Source: Flaccisagitta enflata (taxonomy: Eukaryota). Taken from it: a stretch of 64,000 bases of DNA. Made by a program: the position numbers and the translations under genes. A model generated the notes under the pieces. It was not told the origin of the DNA. It searched no databases and saw only the letters and a list, made by a program, of their open reading frames with translations. Every line of letters begins with the position of its first letter. Positions within the stretch are counted from its first letter, which is position 1. Shown one piece after another: positions 1 to 14,351 of the stretch. Location of the stretch: assembly GCA_965153355.1 (NCBI GenBank), contig OZ231126.1, forward strand, positions 26,040,001 through 26,104,000, read 5' to 3'.

Positions 1-496
1 GGCAATGTATCATTTTCCGAGGCAAGTGTCCCGCCCAATTCTCCGGTTTCATTCTCTCATTCCTCTATGTTTTGTGTGTGTGTGTGTATTTGTCTGAATC
101 TGAATCTGAATCTATGCTCTGACCACCCTCGTGTCTTCCCAACAATATCGCTGTCAATCTGACAGTCGAGGGGAGGAGCAGCAGGAGCCAGGAGGAGGAG
201 GAAGACCAGCGTGGGTCGCCGATCCATCTTCCCCGCAAAGTCCCACTGACTGACATCTGACAAGAGTGACAGAAAAATCTCAAACTTGGAGAAGATTTTC
301 TCAATCTCTCTCCTCTTCTTCCTCTTCCTCCACCTCCTCCTCATCCTCTCTCTTCATCCTCATTTCTTTTTCTTTGTTATTTCTTGTTTAATTTTCTGAA
401 AGGTGTCCTTCTCACCACCACGAAAGGGACAACCACCTAACAAACAGCACTTTTGAAATTTCAATGCCACTTTACAGACCTAAAAATGTCCAGCTC

Positions 497-1182
497 TACC
501 GGGTCATTAGCCTGAGATGCCGGATAATGATAAGCTTTTTCTCAGAGATGCCATGGAACTTGGATTTCTGATTGATTGTCACTTAAAGAGTATAGATTGA
601 CGTTCTTTGTGTCAAAATTTCATGAACCTGGGTCCAGTGGTTTGGATTCTACATAACTTTTAACATAACACTTCCTATCTGCCACAGGCCACATTTTCTT
701 TGGTAATGAAGGAACTGGGCATTTTCACTTAGCTCTTATTTTGCAACATTTTGATGCAGAGACAAAAAGTTGGTCTTGAATGAAAGATGAATTGACCAAC
801 TTATGAACCGCCATCAAATAATCTTTCACTCTGGACTGATTTTGTGTTTCCAGCTCAAAGTAATGAAGAAAGATACTAATTTGAAAATGTGCTCTCTGAC
901 AATTTTTATCCAAAATTCTGATATTGAGGGTGTAGGGATGGTGATCCCATCCATATCGTCCTTTTGGTCCTTCCAATAAATCTGTTTCTTCTTCTGAGAG
1001 ATGATTAGGTTTTACTTCAAAAGCTTATAAAATCCAAACCACTTGACCTAAGATGATGAAATTTTGATATAGGAAACATCAATGTATACTCTTTAAAAGG
1101 AAACCAAGTAAAAATTCGAGATCCATGGCATCTCTGAGTAAAAGCTTAAAAGAATCCGACATCTCAGGCTGATAACCCGGTA
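497..1182. mobile_element. MITE/fold-back-like element with ~165-bp imperfect terminal inverted repeats
   Basis: 497-660 (taccgggtcattagcctgagatgccgga...gtggtttggatt) is the imperfect reverse complement of 1021-1182 (aatccaaaccac...atctcaggctgataacccggta); both ends terminate in TA; no coding capacity. Confidence 0.65.
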
Positions 1183-1623
1183 ATTTCAATTGCCAACACA
1201 TCTCCAAATTCATCACCACCACTTCCCACCACCTCTGCATCACCACCGCCACCTGTTTTAGTAGTAATACAACGACCACCACCATCGTCTTTACTACCAA
1301 CATATCCCCTACCAAAAACAGAACCTCCACCACCACTCATCATTCAGTTTGCCCTACTTCGAAGTTTTCTTCTCTTTTTCTTCACGGTATGAAATCTAGA
1401 CTTGAAACATCCGTTTTGGCCTCCGGGTTTAATTAGGCTTTCGGGACTCTGATTATCGACCTAAATTACGAGGATAAGGTAACCGCCATCGTTTTGTTCT
1501 CAAAAAAGACGTTATTATTTCCCTTTTCTGACCTTCGGGCATGATTTGAGGGGAAAGGTGAAACATTGCTTGTTCGGGAGATTTTGATGGAATTGAGATG
1601 AAAAAAAGAAAAAGAAAGCAGAC

Positions 1624-1733
1624 AAAAACAAAACAAAACAAAACAAAACAAAACAAAACAAAACAAAACAAAACAAAACAAAACAAAACAAAACAAAACA
1701 AAACAAAACAAAACAAAACAAAACAAAACAAAA
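1624..1733. repeat. (AAAAC)n microsatellite
   Basis: Directly visible pentamer run. Confidence 0.95.
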
Positions 1734-1931
1734 GAAAAATCATGTGGGGGATCAAGAAGTAGGCTTCCCCCCCCCAAAAAAAAAGGAACATCAGAAATAA
1801 TCGATGCCAAACCTGAAATTGTCCGGAGGAGAAAATCACCCTTTTTCACAGTTACTTAACTACCAGACCTTATTCTCTCCCCTTCTCCCCATTCATCGCA
1901 CACATTCGCAGTGCCACTTCTTTTCTGTCAC

Positions 1932-2125
1932 TTTTTAGTCGCGTGCTACGCGACTCTACACCCCGCTTTGTCCGTCGGTTGTTTGGTCGGTCGGTTGCTT
2001 TGTCACATTTTAGTTTTTTTCATGATTTTTATTGTTTGACCCTACTGCTCCTGCCCAAATGGTCTGGTGACCTCACTTATGGCCCCCACCCATGCGACTG
2101 TGGTAGCCGTGTATCCGGCCTTGTT
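1932..2125 (+). mobile_element. Helentron-associated (HINE/DINE-1-like) non-autonomous element, family A
   Basis: 5' T-run plus palindromic sub-TIR agtcgcgtgctacgcgact, GTCY-type microsatellite, 3' sub-TIR (catgcgact) and stem-loop gccgtgtatccggc ending cttgtt; many related copies in the window. Confidence 0.7.
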
Positions 2126-2420
2126 TTTCTTTCAAACCCCCACATTCACTGCCACATTAAGATTCACATTCACCCTAATGGAAAGAAAAAGAGAGAGAAA
2201 ATATATCCCAAAGCGAAAAGGGCCAAGACTTTCGTTTGCAAGGAGATCACGATTGAATGAATGCAACCTCAGGATTTATTTCGGATCAAAACTGATTTTT
2301 GGAGTCGGGGCTTTTTGGAAGAATTTTTGGACGTTTTGGCAGATCGCGGGGTCGAGCCTCATTTGCGACGACATTTTTTTTCCTCTTTCTCAGGCTTGAG
2401 AGAGCCTACCATTGCCGGCC

Positions 2421-2580
2421 GCTGATTGGTCCGCAAAACGCCGACTTCTCTGATTGGCCCAAAGTGGTTTCATTGAAGGAAAGGAGGAAAAGAAATAAAG
2501 GAAAGAAAAGCGAAATAGAAAAGCATTCATCGAAAAAGCAAGAGAGAGAGAAACTGTGAAACTCGTTTCTGATTGGTCCA
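2421..2580 (-). promoter_or_regulatory. Cluster of three CCAAT boxes (NF-Y-like), candidate promoter
   Basis: ctgATTGG at 2425, 2453 and 2572, all in the same orientation with NF-Y-like flanks, in non-repetitive sequence. Confidence 0.35.
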
Positions 2581-2615
2581 TTGCGATCAATAAAGGTCAA
2601 CGCATTCAATTTCTT

Positions 2616-2739
<124 letters not shown>

Positions 2740-3864
2740 ACGTTTTCATGGGCACGCGCAGTGGTATCGCAACACATGGATTGGGATGATTGATGGAGAA
2801 ATCGATTTGTGTTGATTATGTCTGATAGAGCGGAGGGTGTGCCGTGTGCAATATGCGTGTGGGGTTGCACTATGCGTGTGCTCTGTGTTCAGTCCGTATA
2901 GGCTTGAAGAGTTAACAGTCGTGAATGGAAAAGTCTCTGAGGAATCGACAGCAATGATTTCAATCACTACGTTCGTGAACTTTTATTCTCCTTTGTGCCT
3001 ATCATGATTACTCCTAGTTTGACATAAGCACTAGCCTGTACTGAAATGACTAAATCCAAAAGAATCAAAATTCTGCGAGCAGTTCATGTTGTGGAGCTGT
3101 CTTGGGCTTCTATTGGCATCATTTTCAGCTTTAAAAGTTTACGTCTTGGTTGCCGCGCCATACCTTGAACTTTCCATGGCTCAATAAAAAACCAAAAATT
3201 TCAAATTGCTCAAATCAAAGTTTCCACAGCAGATTTGAAATCTGCATGAAAAACTGTCTGTTAAAAGTGCTTTTCTTTTTTCAAATTCCTTTGGGATCAT
3301 TATCAAAATCCACGCTAAAGATTCTTACAAAAGGTAAGTTCAACGATTTTACAAAGATATTAAAAGAAAAGGTATGTTTCGCGATATTTGACAGAACTTT
3401 TAACCATCTTTGAATTGGAATATCAAAAAAAGGAAAACACTTTCAGTTTTTTCTGCAGATCCCAAATTTGCAAACAAAATTGGAATTTGAGTATTTTGAA
3501 ATTTTGGATATGCTAAGGATAATAGAAGGTAAGGCGCGGCCACCTAGAAGTAGAATTTCAAAGCCAATATTGATTTCAGTAGAAGCCTGAGACAATCCCA
3601 CAACATGATCTGCTCGTAGAATGTTAATTCTAATAAGCACCATTTACTTCAGTAAAAATATCCCACCAATCTGTCTTGCCTTCAGAGTGTTTTTCTTGGA
3701 ACCACAAATCTTTATTTTTAATTCGGTAATCTGGGTAACTTGAAGCGGATTGGTGTTTAGCATTTAGTTCCTTCATTCCTTTGCTCTGGAAAATATCTGA
3801 ACTGGGGAATAACAAAAAACGAATCGAGAAATCAAGCTGATTCAAAATGAGCTAAAATTGATAA

Positions 3865-3942
<78 letters not shown>

Positions 3943-4468
3943 GAAATAAGTCGTAAGACTTTTTTGGGCTATCCGTAGATATGACTTTTTGTACTTGATG
4001 CACTTGTACCGTCTTATCTTAAATAAATTACATTACATTACATTACAGAGAGAGAGAGAGAGAGAGAGAGTTGATGTCGGGCAAACACTGATAGCAAAAA
4101 CAACATGTTGACTTTAGTGTTGAAGTGAAATAGTTCGTAGCCGGGTTATCGCGGCTGGCATCAAACCATCTTCCTCAAAACATTTTTAATGGACTTCCAG
4201 GGTTAAGCGCTATTCGCTATTATGCGCCCCGTCGAGGAAGTCCCAGTCAATGAAGGCTAGCTAATGAAGTGAATCAGAAAAAGGTAGATACCAATTCAAA
4301 CAAATACGGTTGATCCATGTTCGTCTGAAATTCGTCATCTTTACCCAGACAATCAATATTCTCTGACAAAGCCATCGCTTGATACTACCTAGGAAATAAG
4401 TTTGTTCACTTGAGGAGGAAGTTAATTTAAGGAAAAGATATCAAACTAGAAGCCGTAACAATTATCTT

Positions 4469-6078
4469 TTAAGGCAATTCGTCTTCGTCTTGATTGGTGA
4501 TATTTATCAGAGACAACGAGGAAAGTTTAAATTTGTCCTTAGCCTTTGAAAAAATTTCGTACAGAGATGGGTAACCAAATTGCTCACGTAAGGTTCTTGT
4601 ACTCTCCCATTTGTTAAACGAGAAAATTCTCCGTATCGCATTGTTTACAGCAATGTTGCAATCACTCATTTGTCTAGAAGAATAATCCTTAATTGAGCAG
4701 CCATAACTGAGTGTAGGCACACAATTAGTAAATAGAAGTTGCATTTGTACAGCTTCATCGGGCTTTGCTAGTACATTCAAGACCGAATTTGATGCGCGAT
4801 AGAAAGATTGAAGATCAGGCTCAGCTGTAAAAGTAAAGGTAGGATTTGAGACAATAGTCATGCCCAAATATTTTATTTGACTGACAAACTCGATATCTGT
4901 ACCATTGAGTCGTAACGGTTCCAAAGCATCAAGGTCAACATGTGTCCCAATAAACACTAAAATCTTTGACTTTTTACAGTTAAAAGTTAATCCGTACTTA
5001 GTACAATAGGATGAACATGCATCAATCATCCTTTGAAGGGCCGATCTTGTTTGGGCAATTAGACAAATATCATCGGCAAAGAGCAACACAGATACGCAAA
5101 GTTTACTGATATGACAGCCGATGCATAAACTTCGTACCATTTGAATCAATCCATCGATATAACAAGAGAAAAAATCGGGTGATTTTATCCCACCCTGTTT
5201 TATTCCTAATGGTACCGGGAATTCGTCACTTTTTGCAGAGCCCTATCGTACAGATGAGACCATGTTTTGATACCAGAAAATAAGGCAGAGTAGAAAACAC
5301 AGAGGGGTCTGTCGTTCAATAAGCTTGGAAAAGAGACCATAGTGCGAAATCCTATCAAATGCTTTAGTTGCATCCAAAAAAGCTACATAAACTCGAGATC
5401 CTCTGTGGGTGAAATAGTCAACAGTAGATTTTAGCGTGAATATCGTGTGAGAGGTACTCGTTCTTTTTTTAAAACCGAATTGGAGATTATCTGCATTCAA
5501 AAGATGAAACGTTTTTTTTTGAATAGCAAATTCAAATAATTTGGCTGGTAAGCAACCAAGTGTGATGCCTCTATAATTCGAAACGTCCGAAACATCACCA
5601 TTACTGTCTTTGACAATGGGTGAGATGTAACCTCTTAGAAAGTCCGTTGGAACAAAGCCATGCTGGATCATACTATTAAAAAGAATCTGAAAGTGCCGCA
5701 TCAAAGAAGGACACCCATGAATGAAGTGCTCAGGTCTTATCAATCCAGCAGTTGCTTTGCCAAGCTTGATTTTATGCGCTATATCAATCATATCAGTCCA
5801 TGACAGAAAATCAGAATTGATGCCATCGTTTATGTGATTGTTGAAAAAATCCGTAAAGGAATCGTGAAAATCATTTTTCATTTTATCATGTACAGGCGTA
5901 TCAGAACCACCATAAACGGATTCAAAGTAAGAGGAAAAAGAAGCGGCTATATTTTCTTTATCAGTTTCCCCATTTACTCTCGTGACAATAGACTCGCCCG
6001 TTTTGTTGATAGCATTCCACGTCTTCCAAAAAGAGACGCCATTTCGTTGCAATAAATCAGTATGTAAGTCATCACTTT
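4469..6078 (-). mobile_element. Decayed non-LTR retrotransposon (LINE) ORF2, reverse transcriptase and C-terminal region
   Basis: ORFs 5243-6052 and 4469-5149 are in the same frame, separated by one TAG at 5243-5245; motifs YRGITL, LQFGFK, FLDATKAFD, GIKQGG..SP, LLFADD, KYLG. Confidence 0.92.
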
Positions 6079-7501
6079 TTTAGTCGCGTGCACGCGACTC
6101 TATGACCCACTCCGTCCGTCTGTCGGTCGGTCCGTCCGTCGGTCCGTAACACTTAGCTTTTTTTTGTCGTTTTACATCATTTTAGGGTATTTTATGTCAT
6201 TTTAAGTCATTTTAAGTCATTCTAAGTCATTTCCAGTCATTTTCAGTTAATTTTAGTCACTTAAGTCATTTTGTCATTTTTTGTCATTTTTGTCATTTTT
6301 TGTCATTTTTTGTTATTATAAGTCATTTTAAGTCATTCTTAGTCATTCTAAGTTATTTTAAGTCATTCTAAGTCATTACAAGTCATTCTGAGTCATTTTA
6401 AGTCACTCTAAGTTATTTTTTGGCTGTGTAGTTTTTGGTAACACTTTGCTTTTTTGCGTTGTTTTTGGTCAGTTTGGGTCGTCTGGAGTAATTCTGAGTC
6501 ATTTTTTTGTTGTTTTTGGTCATTTTTGGTTGCTTTTGGTCATTGTTGGTTGCTTTTAGTCATTCTTGGTCATTTTTGATCATTTTTGTCACTTTGTTCA
6601 AATAAGTCATTTGTGTCATTTATGGGCATTTAAAATAGTTTTAAGTCTTTTCAAGTCATTTTGGAACATTTCAGGCCATTTTTGGTCATTTTACATAGTT
6701 TTTTGGCATAGTTTAAGTTGGCTGGTTTGAGTCTGCTGGTTTAAGTCTGCTGGTTTAAGTCTGCTGGTTTAAGTCTGCTGGTTTAAGTCTGCTGGTTTAA
6801 GTCTGCTGGTTTAAGTCTGCTGGTTTGAGTCTGCTGGTTTAAGTCTGCTGGTTTGAGTCTGCTGGTTTAAGTCTGCTGGTTTGAGTCTGCTGGTTTAAGT
6901 CTGCTGGTTTAAGTCTGCTGGTTTAAGTATGCAGGTTTGGGTCTGGTTTAAGTCTGGTTTAAGTCTGGTTTAAGTCTGGTTTAAGTCTGGTTTAAGTCTG
7001 GTTTAAGTCTGGTTTAAGTCTGGTTTAAGTCTGGTTTAAGTCTGGTTTTAGTCTGGCTTAAGTCTGGTTTAAGTCTGGTTTGAGTCTGGTCTGAGTCTGA
7101 TTTGAGTCAGGTTTAAGTCTGGTTTGAGTCTGGCTTGAGTCTGGTTAAAGTCTGGTTCATGTCTGATTTATGTTCGGTTTAGGTCTGGTTTAGATCTGGT
7201 TCATGTCTGGTTTATGTCTAGTTTAGGTCTGGTTTAGGTCTGGTTTTGGTCTGGTTTAGGTCTGGTTTAATTCTGGTTTGAGTCTGGTTTGAGCCTGGTT
7301 TGAGTCTAGTTTGAGTCTGGTTTGGTTCTGGTTTGGGTCTGGCTTGAGTCTGGTTTGAGTCTAATTTGAGTCTGGTTTGAGTCTGGTTTGGTTCTGGTTT
7401 GGGTCTGGTTTAAGTGTGATATTTGATAAAAAGATAGAATAGGAGTCAGGCCAGTTCAGTCATTTTTGTCCTGCACGCGACTTAAAGGTGTTGGCCTTGT
7501 T
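6079..7501 (+). mobile_element. HINE-like element carrying satellite arrays, inserted into the LINE
   Basis: 18-bp palindrome agtcgcgtgcacgcgact (6082-6099), ccgt/cggt microsatellite, internal 10-, 14- and 11-bp arrays, 3' sub-TIR tgcacgcgact (7472-7482), end ggccttgtt; LINE-like reading frame on both sides. Confidence 0.75.
6180..7413. repeat. Composite minisatellite: AGTCATTTTA-like 10-mer, then GTCTGCTGGTTTAA 14-mer, then GTCTGGTTTAA 11-mer
   Basis: Directly visible tandem arrays. Confidence 0.9.
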
Positions 7502-7575
7502 GTTTTTCATCCTTCATTTTATACTTTCTTATTGCCGTTTTGTATTTGAGCTGACAATCTTTTTTACAATCAAAT
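7502..7575 (-). mobile_element. 5' continuation of the interrupted LINE ORF2
   Basis: Minus strand reads FDCKKDCQLKYKTAIRKYKMKDEK and joins KSDDLHTDLLQRNGVSFWK once 6079-7501 is removed. Confidence 0.7.
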
Positions 7576-7777
7576 GCAGCCCCGGAAGTAGAGATATATC
7601 GTCAGCCAAAACCATAACGTGATAAGTGGGCAAAACGCGGGTGTGGTCGCGTTTTTTCCACCATAGCCCCTCAAAAAAGAAGCAAGATCAGGTGCTAAGG
7701 ACAAGCTATTCTTCTCTTTTGTGTTTTAGGATCCCGTGATAGTGCCTTTTGTCTTTACATGTGATCGCGTTTGCCTT

Positions 7778-7877
<100 letters not shown>

Positions 7878-7918
7878 CGGCGTATTTGAAGGGGCTTCCA
7901 CAGCTGCCGCGGCAGCTG

Positions 7919-8454
<536 letters not shown>

Positions 8455-10049
8455 CATTTGATTATTCATGCTATGCCATAGTCTGCGCTTTTCGCACTCA
8501 TGGAATCCCTCTGTATCATTTTGCCATTTCTGCTAAAAAGTCAAACGGAAAACAATTTCAGCTTACCCCCAAATGACGCTTTAAAAGTAAATGCAGTCAT
8601 GGCTCCAAATATGATGAGAATTCTATGAACTTACTTAGACACTGCTGTAAGAAGTTATGTATGGTCATATATAGTTATATTTATATAGTAGTAGATATTT
8701 ATGTATATTTTCGAATAGAAATATAAAGCTGTATATAGTAATAATTTTTAGTAATATAGGTCGGACATGAGCTTTGTCGGACATAGATTAGAGGGGGCAG
8801 CTGCTAAAATCTTGGCTCGGATACGCCGCTGCACACACACACACACACACACATTTGTGTGAGCGCATGCATTTCAGTCAATGCCTCTTTATATGTTTGT
8901 GTGCTCACACAATCATGCATGAACCAAAAGTTTTTAGTGGGCATATTTTTAGAGAATCCATTTCTTTTTTTTAGTTGTGTGCTACACAACTCTATGAGCC
9001 ACTTTTTGGTCCTTCGGTCCGTCCATCTGTCCGTCTGTCACAAATAACTTAAAAGGCATTTTTTCCATTTTTTACACTTATGAATATAAGAGAATGCACT
9101 GGGAGAAGGCTTGAGATTCGGTGATTCACCAACCGAAAAAACGGCTAATTTTCACTGATTCAGTGATTTGGATTTTTTTTTCACATTTTTTTTTTACCAT
9201 CTCTTCCCTACTCTTTTCTTCTTTAAAATTGTAACAATGCATATGAAAATGTGCATGTTCAGAAAAAATCACCAATCATTTGAAAAATCTCATAAAGTTC
9301 CCCAATTCTGTAGTGGCATAAATATAATGGCACAGATACAATGTCTGATTATACAAAACAACATCCTTAGCTATCTCGTTTAAAGGCTTTAGGGAAAAAA
9401 AATGTTCTAATGACAGCAAATTTTCGAAGGATAACTAAGTGTTTTACCATACTTTTTGCATCAATATCAGGACAATAATGAAGCTGGAATGCTTTTATAA
9501 GATAAATTGTCCCTAAAGACACTTGTAATTTGAACCATGTGATTCACATGGAACCAAGCAGGAAAATGATGGCTTTTAGCAAATTTGCATACACTTTTTT
9601 TATTTTCTATCGTTTAAATACTAAGAAAGCCATACACAGGGAAATTTTGCATTTTGAAAAACATAGTTCTCTCTGTGATCAATTTGAGAAGAGGACTAGG
9701 TTCTTTGTTTTTTCATTCTTTTATTTTTTATGCAAACTATAATTTGGACTGGCCCCCTAGCAGTGACCAAAAATAAATAAAATAGAAATTTTGAATAACT
9801 CTTCTTTAGTTACATTGGCTAAACTTGATCCTTCTTGTTACATAAATCCAAATTTTGCTTTTAGATATTGTGTCTGAGCTATCTGAATCTATTTTAATCA
9901 TTTGTTTTTCCAATTCCATTTATTCATAATTTCCATTTTGACCCTCACAAATGTTGCCTTTGAGGGGACGCTGTCTCATATTAGGTCTCCTTGTTCATGT
10001 TCAAGTGTAATTTCATTATCATCAATAAGAAACAAAAATATCAATGAAG

Positions 10050-10122
<73 letters not shown>

Positions 10123-10822
10123 ACAGTCTCTTCATGACTTTCTGCTACATTTTGGGCAGCGGCCCTGAAGGGGCTGATGACCTATGCTTTCACATATGCA
10201 GAAATTTCTCCTTCTCCTCCTCCTCCTCTTTTGTACCCCCCCCTCTCCTGAGGCCCTTATTTCCTTGACCTCACTACTCCTGCCTAAATGGTTAAGTGAC
10301 CTCAGATATGGCCCCTGCCCACCCGCACGTGACTTTGGTAGCCGTGTATCCGGCCTTGTTCGTTTTTCCTTCCATCTTTTCTTTTTTCTTTCCTTCTTTC
10401 AGTCTTTCTTTCTTACATTCTTTTTCCCTTTTTTTCTTTTCTTTTTTTTGGGAGAAAGTAATTACAAAACGGTGCGTTTTTATCCACGGACACGCGACTC
10501 TAGAACTTGCTGTGGCCTGTGGTCTGTCGGTTAGTCCGTCAACCCGTCCGTAACATTTTTCAATTGCGAGCAGTTTTTGCATTACTGCTCCTGCGCAACC
10601 GTCCATGACTGTCCTCCCGTAACTGGTTAAACATGCATTCTCATCATTCTATAGACCTCGCTTTCATTACATTGATCAAAAAATTCATTCATTCACTCAT
10701 TCATTCATTCAGTTATCCATTCATTTTTTTCACACGGCTAAAGCCAGTGCTTTGAAATTTTGCATGAATAAACAGTAGCTTATTTCCTTTCAGACAAATC
10801 CAGTCCAAATTTTTAAAAATGA

Positions 10823-11591
10823 TACCCTGTCTTCAAAAGCAACTGTAACCAGCAAAAGATGTATTGTGTGAAAACAATTCATATTTCAAAATTTGTTTTT
10901 TTTCTATCTGAAAGCATAATCACTGCGGATTTTCCATGCAAAATTTCAGCATCATTTTTCTACTAGTTTAGCCTGTACACCACTTTTGAATATACCCAAA
11001 TTTTCCTAAAATCTAGCAATTTTTGTATAAAATAAAAGAGTCAGGCCTCAATAACTATGTACGAATAGCCAAAAAATTGATTCAGAATATCAAAACTTAT
11101 CCCAGTCTACCATATTTTCATTACTAATATGATTTTTCTTCTTTATGTGCATAATCATGAAATACTCTAATCAAAAAAGATAAAAATCTTACATGGAGTG
11201 TTGATGGAACATGAAAAAAAGTGAAAAACTACACAAAAACGTTATGAATACAGCAAAATATGCTTTGTTTCCTAAATCTAATATAATCTCCTTCAAAAAA
11301 TCTTCAATTTGAGACCAATCCCAGCATTCTAGCTCAAAGCGTTTAAAAGTTACAGAGGTTTGAAGTGAGACACCTCCATTCATGTCTGAAATGAAAAGCT
11401 GAAATGCCTCAAATGGTGTTTCACTTAAAAATGATGTAGAACCTTAACCACTTAACAAAAAGTGCTGAAATTTTGCATGAAAAAACCGCAATAAATATGC
11501 TTTCAGATAGAAAAAAAACGAATTTTGAATTATGAATAGTTTTCACACAATACATCTTTTGCTGGTAACAGTTGCTTCTGAAGACAGGGTA
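10823..11591. mobile_element. TA-flanked MITE with ~130-bp TIRs (Tc1/mariner-like)
   Basis: taccctgtcttcaaaagcaactgtaaccagcaaaagatgtattgtgtgaaaac... is inverted relative to ...catcttttgctggtaacagttgcttctgaagacagggta. Confidence 0.7.
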
Positions 11592-12067
11592 CTTTAGGCA
11601 CCTTAAAGGTTTCGCTGGTATCAGTTGCTTTTGATTGCAGGGTAGTTGGTCCTTGTTCATTTTTTTTCATTTTTCCTTCCTTTCCTTTTTTATTAGTCGC
11701 GGACACGGGACTCTACACTCTGCCGTGTCGGTTGGTATGTTCGTCTGTTCGTCTGTCGGTCACATTGTCACATTGTCGGTCAAGTGGTTCATGCATTACT
11801 GCTCCTGACCATCCGGATTGCCGGGTATCCGGCCTTGTTGAGTTTGATTCCTGAGGGCGTGTTTTGATAGACGGAAAATCGTGTTCATTCTCGTGAAATG
11901 CGTTTACAGCATGAACATTTATTAATGACCCACAATGAAGTGAATGAAGCAAGCAAGCAAAGCAAACATAGCAAACATGGCGAGAGAGTGGAGTGAGCGG
12001 TGCGAGAGACTGAGTGGCCCCTTTAAAACATGATTGTCACATGAAGAAAAGGGCGCTCAGTTTGTCA

Positions 12068-12153
<86 letters not shown>

Positions 12154-12786
12154 ACGTAGGTAAGTAGTTTTCCATTATAACTTTATCCCAAAAACCTTTA
12201 TGTTTGCCTTTTTGTTTTCAAAACGCCAAAATTATAACATTTTAGGAGGGTGATAGCGCTAGCCTTCGTAGAGCAGATAGAATTGCATAAGACAAATCTT
12301 GATAGAGTCAAATCAATGGAACGTGCTTTTCCTTGTGTCCATGTTTCTCTATCACGTGAACCAGCTCACGTCCGCGTTCTGAACGCGACTAGGCCATTTT
12401 TTCTAATGAGGAACAACATGCGGAAGTAGGACAACCCTGTAAACGCCAGCGCTCTGTACAATCAATAGAGGCTTGTTTTAACAATGTGAGCTCATCACAC
12501 CAAAATGAACGTTGGAATTTTGGATTTACCTTTGGCAAACAATTTTCCGCATCTAATACCGCATACACGATTGCCTCATAATAGTTTTCGATTGTGACTT
12601 TATGGTATTCTCAATCTACCAAAACAATGTTATGACTTACATGTTGATAAATACGTTCACCAAAACAGGTTCACCGCTGCTTTTTCATCGTTTTCAAAAT
12701 AGGGTAGTCACCTTCAAATTGCTCTCATTTCTAAATACTTTTAGTCACAGAAGTGTAATTGGTCCCAAATGGTAGAGCTTTGGAAG

Positions 12787-13041
12787 TACAGACAGACCAC
12801 AAATTTAACGTGTGGAGGCACATAAAGTTTTAGCACCACCTCCTACAGCCCAAACCCATCAACCAATTTCTTAACAGGGGGTTAACAGGGGAAAATCAAA
12901 ACTCGCCACAATGGCGCCATTTGTATTGCCCCAAGGTATTCAGAGCGGTTTTAAGTGAAAAAATTGGTTGATGGGTTTGGGCTGTAGGGGGTGGTGCCAA
13001 AACTTTGTGCCTCTACACGTTAAATTAGTGATCCGTCTGTA
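12787..13041. mobile_element. TA-flanked MITE with ~80-bp TIRs
   Basis: 12787-12870 is inverted to 12961-13041; a related element lies at 51408-51814. Confidence 0.7.
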
Positions 13042-13321
13042 GTTTCTGAATCTCACTGATTTTTCCAACCTATCATTACTAGAATTGTATTCAATACATC
13101 TTATAGGTAAATGTAGACTTATTTCCTAGGTAGTATTTACGTTGCAACACTTAAAAACAGAGTAACAACTCAATGCAGTTGCAACATCGACAATCAACCT
13201 AAAGCATCCCACGCCTTCCCACCCTTCCATCCTCACTCACTTCTTAATCACATTTTCAGTCTTTCTCTCATCGGCCTGTGCGGCTGTAGTTTACTACTTC
13301 CTGGTCAAAGCGGAAACTGAA

Positions 13322-13422
<101 letters not shown>

Positions 13423-14064
13423 GCCGGGTATCGCGGCGCCAAGTGGGAGCGGATGTAGTTGGCTAATCTGCGGGTCCAATTGCTAATCCCCGTATGTAAC
13501 GCGTGGGAATAGTGAGAGAAACAAATAGAAATGGAACCCCGGATGTAACTGTTGGAAACGGTTTGAGTGAGAGACTGAGGCGGAGTGGCTGAGTGTGTTG
13601 GAATGTGGCGGACTGTGGCGGACTGTGGCTGAGTGTGGTAGACGTGGCGTTGGCGCGGCGAGTGGCCAAGTGGCACTCAATTGGCAAATCGAAGCACCAG
13701 AGCGCCACTTTGATTAGGAACTTTGGCTTGAGTTTAATCAGCCAGCGTGGTTAGACAAAGCGGAGCAAAGCGGGAAGGAGACCAAAGGGGTGGAAGGAGA
13801 AAAAGAAGGGGGTGAACAAATAGACCAACTGTGACTGACAGACTTAGGGACAGATGGACATAGGCATGGGGGCAAATACCTAGGAAAGTAGATGGGGAAA
13901 TGTGTTAGTGGAGGAAACAGAAACAAAATCCAATGTTTTAACTTGTTAATGAAAAATGTGTCAGAAAAAGAATTGCTTTTCTTTTCCCTGTCAATGTAAA
14001 AATGACATCAGTGTAATTCTATAGCGAGATGAAGGCAATTTGTCAATGTGACATGTTCCTTTTA

Positions 14065-14066
<2 letters not shown>

Positions 14067-14158
<92 letters not shown>
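14067..14158. repeat. (GT)n microsatellite
   Basis: Directly visible. Confidence 0.95.
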
Positions 14159-14159
<1 letters not shown>

Positions 14160-14351
14160 CGTATATGTTTGTTTTTAAGTGTGTTTGCGGATAGTAAACG
14201 AGTTCAGGCTTATCTATGAAGTGGTTCTGTGTTAATATGTTGGTTCCTTAATCCCAACTCTGTACGATGTGGCGTGCTGTGGCGTGGTACGTATTTTGTG
14301 GCCTTGCTTGCCGAATGGAAGAATTCTGTCTTGAGCGTTTCAGCTTTCAGC

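Noticed and set aside
6720-7413. CRISPR-like or telomeric array
   Set aside because: Head-to-tail repeats without unique spacers, in a eukaryotic context and internal to a mobile element
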